NCBI GenBank assembly: GCA_965203055.1
Contig: OZ241863.1
Location: forward strand, 2,112,001 to 2,176,000
Direction: 5' to 3'
Source of the DNA: Spirochaetia bacterium
GTDB taxonomy: Bacteria > Spirochaetota > Spirochaetia > SZUA-6 > Bin103
Length of the DNA stretch: 64,000 bases
Below are positions 23,445-31,956 of the stretch, piece after piece. Under the pieces are notes generated by a model, which searched no databases, was not told where the DNA came from, and worked only from the letters and a program-made list of their open reading frames with translations. Position 1 is the first letter of the stretch. Every line of letters starts with the position of its first letter. Made by a program: the position numbers and the translations under genes.

Positions 23445-23876
23445 ATGCCCTCAGAAACCCCGGAATATATCGTAGAAGGCGAAGTTACCCCGGAAAACAT
23501 CCGGGACCTGTTTTCCAGAGCGTTCTATAGCACGCACGTGGATGATGACGGCGACGTCGTCGTCAACGCAGAGCCGATGTCGGTCTTCATCTCAATCAAC
23601 AGAGACAATAAACTACTCAAATACTCGACGTACTATCAGGTCGATGAGAATGCGCCGCTGGAATCCAAGCATGCATTCGTGAACAAGATGAACGACGACG
23701 TGATATTCTGCCGCTTCTCAATTCCCGAAAACCACGAAGACACATTGGTCACAGATTACTTTCTGCCCTTTGGAGAGAGCATTCCATCCTTTCAAATTGT
23801 ATCGGCCCTTCGCCTGTTCGCATCGGTCGTGGTCAATGCCATCCGTGATTGCGATGACGACGACTTGGTAAAATGA
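23445..23876 (+). CDS. YbjN-like domain protein
   Basis: 143 aa, acidic, xDDDGDx and FVNKMN patterns; strong SD AGGAGG; lower GC. Confidence 0.65.
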   Translation: MPSETPEYIVEGEVTPENIRDLFSRAFYSTHVDDDGDVVVNAEPMSVFISINRDNKLLKYSTYYQVDENAPLESKHAFVNKMNDDVIFCRFSIPENHEDTLVTDYFLPFGESIPSFQIVSALRLFASVVVNAIRDCDDDDLVK

Positions 23877-23924
23877 TGCCAGACGGACGGAAGTTGATTT
23901 TCGCGGGAACAACATGGTTGTATC

Positions 23925-24488
23925 GTGTTGCGAGCGTACGGGCCGCAATCCGATAGGGTTGCGACGAGGACTAATCGTTTGAGTGGACACCACCCTTTCT
24001 CGGAACTGACGAAAGACTTTACCGAGGAGCGTTGGCAGCATGTTGCCACGAAGCGTGCTGAACATCCTGCCGATCCGTTTGACGTTCCATCCCGACTGCG
24101 GGAATTCCGAGCGATGGAGGACGGCTGGTACGAAGGGGAAGGCGTGGCTCCGCGTACGGAAGGACTCGATTGGTTTGCAACCGAATTCACCCGTTACTAT
24201 CCCGATGACATTCCGCTGCCATATACCTGTCCCACACCAGAAGGAGGGATAGAAATGGAGTGGTCCATCGGTGATCAATCGGTCATTCTGGAAGTCGATC
24301 TATCTACCCATCAAGGGGACTACCTTTGGTTCGACGATAAATCTGACGTAGAGAATACACGGACTCTTGATCTTGATTCCGTTGATAGTTGGAGGTGGAT
24401 CACTGACAGTATACGTCAGTTGTCCGAGCCGAAGGGAGGCACGCGGAGAACGGCTTGCCGCGGCGGGGAGACAAGCGGCACCTTATAG
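23925..24488 (+). CDS. Hypothetical protein (lower GC; start uncertain, possibly N-truncated)
   Basis: Protein-like segment DGWYEGEGVAP...PTPEGGIEMEW. Confidence 0.6.
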   Translation: MLRAYGPQSDRVATRTNRLSGHHPFSELTKDFTEERWQHVATKRAEHPADPFDVPSRLREFRAMEDGWYEGEGVAPRTEGLDWFATEFTRYYPDDIPLPYTCPTPEGGIEMEWSIGDQSVILEVDLSTHQGDYLWFDDKSDVENTRTLDLDSVDSWRWITDSIRQLSEPKGGTRRTACRGGETSGTL

Positions 24489-24490
24489 GT

Positions 24491-25225
24491 ATGGGCGGGA
24501 AGCGTCATTCCAACTTGCCGGGGCGGGCCGGGGTTGCCGTTCTGGCGGTGTTCCTGGCGGTGCTGGCGGGGTGCGATTCCGACAGTTGGCGCCCCATGAC
24601 CCGCGCCCAGCGCGCCGAGCGGCGCCTGGATTACGCCGTGCACGTCGATCAGGGCGATGCCATGGTGACGAGCTTCGAGGCGTTCCTGCGCGATCCGCAG
24701 CCGCCGCCCGATCCCGATCAGCCCATGAACTGGCGCGGATTGCGCCGGCTGCTGCACTCCTGGCGCGCGCCGGACGAGCGCACCACCGATCAGCAGTTCC
24801 GGTTGGCGCTGCAACGCACCGCCGAGTTGGGTACCGAGCTGAACCTGAAGCCGGTGCGCGGCGATCGGTTTCCGGTCCAGGTGCTCTACTTCGATGACGA
24901 GACCTTCCTGCTGCTGGATCGAGTGGAGGAACGGAACCTCCTGTTCCGGTGCCTGCTGGAGGACCGCGAGGTGATCGCCACCGGCACCCGCCACCCCTGG
25001 CATCCGCGCATCAACGGCCCGGGCGGCGCCGAGCTGTCAATCCGGGTGTACGTGTTCTTCGGCTACGACAGCCCCGACCGCAGTACCCGGATGACGGCGC
25101 AGCACCTGGCCGCCTGCATCGGTTCGTTCGCCGACAACTCGCACCGCGTGCGGCGCCGCGTCGGAGACGCCGAGCAACAGCGGGCGCAGCAAGTACACGA
25201 TCTGTTCTTTCAAGTGACCCGTTGA
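24491..25225 (+). CDS. Putative lipoprotein
   Basis: Signal peptide with lipobox LAG-C; host-like codon usage. Confidence 0.7.
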   Translation: MGGKRHSNLPGRAGVAVLAVFLAVLAGCDSDSWRPMTRAQRAERRLDYAVHVDQGDAMVTSFEAFLRDPQPPPDPDQPMNWRGLRRLLHSWRAPDERTTDQQFRLALQRTAELGTELNLKPVRGDRFPVQVLYFDDETFLLLDRVEERNLLFRCLLEDREVIATGTRHPWHPRINGPGGAELSIRVYVFFGYDSPDRSTRMTAQHLAACIGSFADNSHRVRRRVGDAEQQRAQQVHDLFFQVTR

Positions 25226-25243
25226 TTGCGCCGGGCCGCGCCC

Positions 25244-26806
25244 TCAGCGCATGAATTCGGCGATCCGCTCGCCGATGGCCATGCAGGTGTAGTTGGTGTT
25301 GGCCCGCACGCAATCCGGCATGATGGAGGCATCGGCGATCCGCAGGCCCTCCAGGCCGTGCACGTGCCCCTCCTGATCCACCACGCCGGCCGGGTCGTCA
25401 GCGCGGCCCATGCGACAAGTAGACGACACGTGGTGGCTGGTGGCCACTACCCGCGCCAGCCACTCGTCCAGGGCGGCATCGGTGCGCAGCTCCGCGTCGC
25501 CGGGGCTGACGCGCTGCGCCACCAGCGGCTGGAAACTGCGGTGTCGGACCAGGTCAACGGCGATCCGTATCGCCTCCCGCATCCGCTCCCGGTCGCTCGC
25601 CTCGGCGAAGTAGTGATAATCCAGAAGCGGCGGCGCGTCGGGATTCGGGGAACGCAGCTGGATGCTCCCCGCGCCCGCCGCCAGATAGAGCGCCGGCACC
25701 ACGGTGAAGCCGACCGGCTCCGCCGCCGCGCGCCGGTAGTGGCCCTCCGCGGTCGCGAATCCGGTGGGCGCCATGATCATGTCGTTGCGCAGCGCGGAGC
25801 CGGCGGCGGTGTAGCGCAGCCCGACCTGCAGGCGCGGCTCCGTTCCCGACTGCCGGAAGCCGGCTGCCGTGCGCAGCACCACCGCGGCCTGCGGGTGGTC
25901 GCGCAGGTTGGCGCCGACCCCCGGCAGATCATGCGCCACCGGCACGCCGACCTCCCGCAGATGGGCGGCCGGCCCCACCCCGGAACGGAGCAGCAGATGG
26001 GGGGTGCCGATCGCCCCGGCGCACAGCAGCACCTCCGCGCCGTACACCGCCTCGCTACCCTCCCGATCCCGCACCGCGACGCCCACCGCGCGGCGCCCCT
26101 CCAGCAGCAGGCGCTGCGCCTGGGTGTCGGGCCGGATGGTCAGGTTGGGGCGCCTGCGGGCAGGATCCAGGTAGCCCATGGCGGCGCTCCAGCGGATTCC
26201 TCCGGGGTTGTTGAACGGCAACGGGCCGACCCCCGCCGAGTCGGGCGCGTTGTGGTCGCCGCACTCGGCGTAGCCGGCCTCCAGGCAGGCCTCCAGAAAC
26301 GCGCGTTGCTCCGGCTGCAACTCGCCCTCGCGGAAGCGGTGCACCGGGATTGGACCGTCCGTCCCGTGATAGGGATCGGAAAAGTCGGGATCGGCCTCGA
26401 CGCGCCGCAGGCTGGGCAGCAGCTCGGCGAAGCTCCACCCGGGACACCCGGCAGCGGCCCATCCGTCGTAGTCCTCCGGCACGCCGCGCAGGAAGATCTG
26501 CGCGTTGATGGCGCTGGAGCCGCCCACCACCTTGCCGCGCGGCACGAACATGCGCGGCTGGTGGCGCGTGGCGCGGGCGCGGTAGCCCCAACCGAACGCC
26601 GTATCGTAGCCGAAGGCGCGCGCCCACAGATCGCGGTGGCGGCCATAGCCGTAGCGGATCTCTTCCGGCAACGCGCCGTCAGGAAAGTCAGGGCCGGCCT
26701 CGAGGAGCAGCACGCGGCGCGCCGGATCCTCGGTCAGCCGCGCCGCCAGCACCGCCCCTGCGGCCCCGGCCCCGACGATGATCGTATCGAAGTGCGGCTC
26801 GCCCAT
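25244..26806 (-). CDS. GMC family oxidoreductase (choline dehydrogenase/MftG-like)
   Basis: IIVGAGAAG, RGKVVGGSSAIN, GANLRDHP, HVSSTCRMG, ADASIMP. Confidence 0.92.
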   Translation of the reverse strand: MGEPHFDTIIVGAGAAGAVLAARLTEDPARRVLLLEAGPDFPDGALPEEIRYGYGRHRDLWARAFGYDTAFGWGYRARATRHQPRMFVPRGKVVGGSSAINAQIFLRGVPEDYDGWAAAGCPGWSFAELLPSLRRVEADPDFSDPYHGTDGPIPVHRFREGELQPEQRAFLEACLEAGYAECGDHNAPDSAGVGPLPFNNPGGIRWSAAMGYLDPARRRPNLTIRPDTQAQRLLLEGRRAVGVAVRDREGSEAVYGAEVLLCAGAIGTPHLLLRSGVGPAAHLREVGVPVAHDLPGVGANLRDHPQAAVVLRTAAGFRQSGTEPRLQVGLRYTAAGSALRNDMIMAPTGFATAEGHYRRAAAEPVGFTVVPALYLAAGAGSIQLRSPNPDAPPLLDYHYFAEASDRERMREAIRIAVDLVRHRSFQPLVAQRVSPGDAELRTDAALDEWLARVVATSHHVSSTCRMGRADDPAGVVDQEGHVHGLEGLRIADASIMPDCVRANTNYTCMAIGERIAEFMR

Positions 26807-26952
26807 CGCGGCGAGCATGTGCGCCGGCCGGAACGCTGTCAACCGCAATCGGTCGGACGGTCGGATCGGACCGCCCGGCGGCCCAGGGGGTTGCGGCGCT
26901 GGCGCACTGGCCGGCAAGGCTGACCGCCTGGCACGGAGCAGGTACTATCGGA

Positions 26953-28044
26953 ATGGTGCGGATTCTGTTTCTGGAGCCGTTCTATGGCGGATCGCACCGC
27001 GAGTTCGCGGACGGGCTGCGGGAACACTCGCGGCATCTGATCGACCTGCAGACCCTGCCGGCGCGGTTGTGGAAGTGGCGGCTGCGCGCCGCCGGGCTGA
27101 CGCTGGCGCAGCGGGTGCGGCAGCCGGAGCGCTACGACCTGGTGGTCGCCACCGGGCTGCTCGATCTGGCGCAGGTGCGGGCGGTGTGGGGCGCGCGCAC
27201 GCCGCCGCTGCTGCTGTACCTGCACGAGAGCCAGATTTCCTATCCGGTTCCGGCCGGCGGAGCGGCGGGCGCCGAGTTGCTGTGGCGCGACGTGACCAAC
27301 GTCTGCGCCGCCGATCGCCTCGTGTTCAACTCGGAGTTCCACCGCGCGGCCTTTCGCGCGCGGCTGCCGGCGGTCATCGAACGGCTCCCCGACGCGCAGG
27401 CGCGGCCGGAGGTGCCGCCGGCTCAGCTGGACGGACGCTCGAGCGTGCTCTATCCCGGCTGCCGGTTCGGCCCCGGCCCGCCGGGGACCCCGCCGCCCGG
27501 GCCGCCGCCCGGGCCGCCGGTCGTGATCTGGAACCACCGCTGGGAGTTCGACAAGGACCCGCAGGCGTTCGTCGCCGCGCTGGCCGAGGTGGCGCGACGC
27601 GGGGTGCCGTTCCGGGTGGCGCTCCTGGGCGAGCGCCTGATTCCGGAACCGGACGCGCTGGTACGGGCGCGCGCGGCGCTGGCCGGCCGCATCGTCCATG
27701 ACGGGTTCCCGGACCGGCCGGAGTACCTGCGGCAACTCGCCGGCGGCAGCGTGGTGGTCTCGACCGCGGTGCAGGAGAACTTCGGGATCGCGGTCATGGA
27801 AGCGGTCCACGCCGGCTGCCTGCCGCTGGCGCCGCGGCGGCTGGTCTACCCGGAACTGATCCCGCCGGAGCTGCATGATCGCTGTCTGTACGAAGACACC
27901 GCCGGCCTGATCGAACGGCTGGCCCGCGAGCTGCAAGCGCCGCCCGCCGAACGCGGCCGCTGGCGCCGGATCGCCGCCCGCTACGCCTGGCCGCGGCTGA
28001 TCGGCGCCTACGACGACCTGTTCGAGACAACGGCGCGCGGCTAG
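26953..28044 (+). CDS. DUF3524/GTDC1-like GT-B glycosyltransferase
   Basis: LEPFYGGSH, WKWRLR, WNHRWEFDKDP, ENFGIAVMEA. Confidence 0.88.
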   Translation: MVRILFLEPFYGGSHREFADGLREHSRHLIDLQTLPARLWKWRLRAAGLTLAQRVRQPERYDLVVATGLLDLAQVRAVWGARTPPLLLYLHESQISYPVPAGGAAGAELLWRDVTNVCAADRLVFNSEFHRAAFRARLPAVIERLPDAQARPEVPPAQLDGRSSVLYPGCRFGPGPPGTPPPGPPPGPPVVIWNHRWEFDKDPQAFVAALAEVARRGVPFRVALLGERLIPEPDALVRARAALAGRIVHDGFPDRPEYLRQLAGGSVVVSTAVQENFGIAVMEAVHAGCLPLAPRRLVYPELIPPELHDRCLYEDTAGLIERLARELQAPPAERGRWRRIAARYAWPRLIGAYDDLFETTARG

Positions 28045-28130
28045 CGGTATACTTGCCGGCGCCCGGCCCGCCGCGGTGCGGCGGGCTCCCGTCCTCAACC
28101 AAACCAAAGACACGGAGCACCAGCAGATTC

Positions 28131-29225
28131 ATGTCCGACACCTCCGACACCATCAAACTGGCGGTAGTACCCGGCGACGGCACCGGGCCGGAAGTCACCG
28201 CCGAGGCCTGCAAGGTCCTGGAAGCAGTGGCGCCGCTGGAAGGCGTTGCCTGCGAGCGGGTCGAATTCGATTACGGCGGCGACCGCTTTCTGGCCACCGG
28301 CGAGGTGATCAACAAGCGGCAGATCGACGAGCTGCGGCAGTTCGATGCCATCTATCTCGGCGCCATCGGCCACCCCGGGGTGCAGCCGGGGGTCCTCGAA
28401 AAGGGTCTGCTGTTGTCGATCCGGTTCCAGCTCGACCAGTACATCAACCTGCGGCCGGTCAAGCTCTACCCCGGGGTCGACTGTCCGCTCAAGGACAAAG
28501 GCCCGGAGCACATCCGGTTCGACGTGGTGCGCGAGAATACCGAAGACCTGTACTGCGGCGCCGGCGGCTTCCTGCGCAAGGACACGCCGCAGGAGATCGC
28601 CACCCAGGAGATGATCGCCACGCGCTTCGGGGTGGAGCGCTGCCTGCGCTGGGCGTTCGAACACTGCCGGCGCCGCAACGACCGCCGCCGGCTCACCCTG
28701 GTGCACAAGACCAACGTGCTGACCTACGCCGGCGATCTCTGGTACCGCGCCTTCCAGGAGATCGGCGCCGCGGAGTTCCCGGACGTCGAACGCGACTACA
28801 ACCACATCGACGCCGCCTGCATGTGGTTCGTCAAGAATCCCGAATTCTACGACACCATCGTGGTGCCCAACATGTTCGGCGACATCATCACCGACATCGG
28901 CGCCATGATTCAGGGCGGCCTCGGCGTGTCCGCCGGCGGCAACATCAACCCCGACCCGGGCGGCTGCAGCATGTTCGAGTGCATGGGCGGCTCGGCGCCC
29001 AAGTATACCGGCCAGAACGTCATCAACCCGATTGCCGCCATCGCCGCCATGGGGATGCTGCTCACCGTGCTCGGCGATCAGAAGGGACTGCCCAACCTGA
29101 GCCGCGCCGGGCAGCGGGTCGAAGACGCCATCGGCAAGACCACCCCGAAGATGAAGAGCATGTCGGCGGGGCGGATGGGCCATTCGACCAGCGAAGTGGG
29201 CGACCTGGTGGCCGCGGCGCTGTAG
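28131..29225 (+). CDS. leuB: 3-isopropylmalate dehydrogenase
   Basis: PGDGTGPEV, NLRP, RENTEDLY, HKTNVL, NMFGDIITD, GGSAP. Confidence 0.88.
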   Translation: MSDTSDTIKLAVVPGDGTGPEVTAEACKVLEAVAPLEGVACERVEFDYGGDRFLATGEVINKRQIDELRQFDAIYLGAIGHPGVQPGVLEKGLLLSIRFQLDQYINLRPVKLYPGVDCPLKDKGPEHIRFDVVRENTEDLYCGAGGFLRKDTPQEIATQEMIATRFGVERCLRWAFEHCRRRNDRRRLTLVHKTNVLTYAGDLWYRAFQEIGAAEFPDVERDYNHIDAACMWFVKNPEFYDTIVVPNMFGDIITDIGAMIQGGLGVSAGGNINPDPGGCSMFECMGGSAPKYTGQNVINPIAAIAAMGMLLTVLGDQKGLPNLSRAGQRVEDAIGKTTPKMKSMSAGRMGHSTSEVGDLVAAAL

Positions 29226-29245
29226 ACGGCGGGGGTGTTGCCGGC

Positions 29246-30400
29246 GTGAGCGAGCAGCGTCCGCCGCTTGCGGTGGCCCCGCCGGTGCGGCCGATGTTGG
29301 CCAGGCGCGTGGCCGCGCTGCCGGCGGGAGATCACTGGTCGTTCGAGCCCAAGTGGGACGGCTTTCGCACCCTGGTGTTCCGCAACGGCGCGGAGCTGTT
29401 GTTGCAGAGCCGCGACCTCAAGCCGCTGAACCGCTACTTTCCCGAATTGGTCGAGCCGCTGCTGGCGCAGCTCCCGGAGCGCTGCGTGGTGGACGGCGAA
29501 CTGGTGATCGCCGGCGCCGGCGGGCTGGAGTTCGAGTCGTTGCAGCTGCGCATCCATCCCGCGGCCTCGCGGGTGGCGTTGCTGGCCGCCCGCACGCCGG
29601 CGGCGCTGGTGGCGTGGGACCTGCTGTGCCTGGCGGACCGCGACCTGACCGCAGCGCCGTTCGCCGACCGCCGCGGCCTCCTGGAGCAGGCGCTGAGCGC
29701 GGCCCGGGCGCCGCTGCATCTCACGCCCGTCACCCGCGACCGCAGCCGCGCCGAAGACTGGTTCGAGCGCTTCGAAGGCGCCGGCCTGGACGGCATCATG
29801 GCGAAGGACCGCGCCGCAGCCTACCAGCCGGGCAAGCGCGCCATGCTCAAGGTGAAGCACCGGCGCACCGCGGATTGCGTGGTGGCCGGGCTGCGCTGGC
29901 ACCGCGGGGCGCCGGAGGAACGGGTGGGATCGCTGCTCCTCGGACTGTTCGACGACCGGCGGCGGCTGCATCACGTCGGCGTCGCGGGGAGCTTCAGCAC
30001 CGCCCGCCGGCGCGCCCTGGTCGAGGAGCTGCGCCCCTACCGGGAGGTGGACGAGACCCATCCGTGGCACGCCCGGATCAGCGCCGCAGGCGCCGCGGCC
30101 GCGCCGGCCGGTGCGGAGGCGCCGCAGTCCGCGCCCGGGCTGCGCGTTCCGGGCGGCGCCAGCCGCTGGAGCGGCGGCAAGGACCTGAGCTGGGTGCCGT
30201 TGCGGCCGGAACTGGTGGTCGAGGTGAGCTACGACCACATGCAGGGGACGCGCCTGCGCCACACCGCTCAATTCGTGCGCTGGCGCCCCGACAAGCCTCC
30301 CGCCGAGTGCACCTACGACCAGCTCGAAGTCACCCCGCCCTACGAACTGGCGCGCATCTTCGGCATCTCCGGCATATCCGGCATATCCGGCTCCGCTTGA
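29246..30400 (+). CDS. ligC: ATP-dependent DNA ligase (LigC-type)
   Basis: FEPKWDGFR, LNRYFPE, FEGAGLDG, KVKHRRTADCVV, WRPDKPPAECTYDQL; GTG start 29246. Confidence 0.9.
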   Translation: MSEQRPPLAVAPPVRPMLARRVAALPAGDHWSFEPKWDGFRTLVFRNGAELLLQSRDLKPLNRYFPELVEPLLAQLPERCVVDGELVIAGAGGLEFESLQLRIHPAASRVALLAARTPAALVAWDLLCLADRDLTAAPFADRRGLLEQALSAARAPLHLTPVTRDRSRAEDWFERFEGAGLDGIMAKDRAAAYQPGKRAMLKVKHRRTADCVVAGLRWHRGAPEERVGSLLLGLFDDRRRLHHVGVAGSFSTARRRALVEELRPYREVDETHPWHARISAAGAAAAPAGAEAPQSAPGLRVPGGASRWSGGKDLSWVPLRPELVVEVSYDHMQGTRLRHTAQFVRWRPDKPPAECTYDQLEVTPPYELARIFGISGISGISGSA

Positions 30401-30506
30401 CCCTCTCCGGCGCGGAGTTGTGCTATAGTGCGGTCGGGTACGGGTTCGGCGGCCGGCCGGAGATGGCGCCGGGCGCACTACTCCCGACCCGCGAGGAGGC
30501 ATTCAT

Positions 30507-31916
30507 TTGGCTGACCAGGAATCGGTATTCAAGCTGATCAAGGACCGGCAGGCGGAGTTCGTGGACCTGCGCTTCACCGACCCGCGGGGGCGCTGGCATC
30601 ACCTGACCATGACCGCGGACATGTTCGACGAGGACGCCTTCGAGGATGGCATCATGTTCGACGGCTCCTCCATCGCCGGGTGGAAGAGTATCGATCAGTC
30701 CGACATGGCGCTGTTCCCGGACCCGGCGAGCGCCGGCCTGGACCCGTTCACCGCGGCGCCGACCGTCTACCTGATCTGCGACGTGCACGAACCCACCACC
30801 GGCGAGCGCTACGCCCGCTGCCCGCGCTCCACCGCCCGCGACGCCGTAGCGCACCTGGAGTTCTCCGGGATTGGCGACACGGCCTACTTCGGGCCGGAAC
30901 CGGAGTTCTTCCTGTTCGACGACGTACGTTTCGGGGTGGACGCCAAGCACACCTTCTACCGCCTGGACGACTTCGAGGGCCCCTACAACAGCGCGCGGCG
31001 ATTCGACGGCGGCAACAAGGGGCACCGCCCGCGCGTCAAGGGAGGCTACTTCCCGCTGCCCCCGGTCGACTCCGCGCAGGACATCCGCAGCGACATGCTC
31101 ACCGCGCTGCGCCACGCCGGCGTGGAGGTGGAGAAGCACCATCACGAAGTGGCGGCCAGTCAGCACGAGATCGGGCTCCTGTTCGCACCGCTGCTGACCA
31201 TGGCCGACCGGATCCAGGTGTACCGCTACGTGGTGCTGAACGTGGCGCAGCGCCACGGCAAGTCGGCTACCTTCATGCCCAAGCCGGTGGTCGGCGACAA
31301 CGGCTCCGGGATGCATACCAACCAGTCGCTGTGGAAGGATGGCGACAGCCTGTTCTCCGGCTCCGGCTACGCCGATCTGTCCGACACCGCGCTGCACTAC
31401 ATCGCCGGCATCATGAAGCATGCGCGCGCGATCAACGCCTTCACCAACCCCACGACCAACAGCTACAAGCGTCTGGTGCCCGGCTTCGAGGCGCCGGTGC
31501 TGCTCGCCTACTCGGCGCGCAACCGCTCCGCCTCCTGCCGCATTCCCCACGCCGCGTCGGCCAAGGCGAAGCGGATCGAGATTCGCTTCCCGGACCCGAT
31601 GGCCAACCCCTACCTGGCGTTTTCCGCCATGCTCATGGCCGGACTCGACGGCATCGAGAACCGGACCGACCCCGGCCCGCCGATGGACAAGGACCTGTAC
31701 GCGCTGCCGCCCGAAGAGCTGAAGGACATCCCTACGGTGGCCCATTCGCTGCGCGACGCCCTGCAGTCGCTGGATGCGGACCACGAATTTCTGACCCGCG
31801 GCGACGTGTTCACCAAGGATCAGATCGACGGCTACATCGAGCTCAAGGAGGAAGAGCTGGTGCGCTTCGAGCAGGCGCCGCATCCGATCGAGTACGACAT
31901 GTACTACTCGCCGTGA
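30507..31916 (+). CDS. glnA: Type I glutamine synthetase
   Basis: [41 protein letters not shown] adenylylation site. Confidence 0.97.
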   Translation: MADQESVFKLIKDRQAEFVDLRFTDPRGRWHHLTMTADMFDEDAFEDGIMFDGSSIAGWKSIDQSDMALFPDPASAGLDPFTAAPTVYLICDVHEPTTGERYARCPRSTARDAVAHLEFSGIGDTAYFGPEPEFFLFDDVRFGVDAKHTFYRLDDFEGPYNSARRFDGGNKGHRPRVKGGYFPLPPVDSAQDIRSDMLTALRHAGVEVEKHHHEVAASQHEIGLLFAPLLTMADRIQVYRYVVLNVAQRHGKSATFMPKPVVGDNGSGMHTNQSLWKDGDSLFSGSGYADLSDTALHYIAGIMKHARAINAFTNPTTNSYKRLVPGFEAPVLLAYSARNRSASCRIPHAASAKAKRIEIRFPDPMANPYLAFSAMLMAGLDGIENRTDPGPPMDKDLYALPPEELKDIPTVAHSLRDALQSLDADHEFLTRGDVFTKDQIDGYIELKEEELVRFEQAPHPIEYDMYYSP

Positions 31917-31956
31917 CCGCCGCCGGCGCCGGCGGGCGGAACTGAACGCAAGCGCC

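Noticed and set aside
25244..26806. Mycofactocin cluster
   Set aside because: Only a GMC oxidoreductase is present; no mftA-F nearby.
28076..29245. N-terminal extension of the DNA ligase in the 774-aa track ORF
   Set aside because: It overlaps leuB in another frame; ligase homology starts near GTG 29246.
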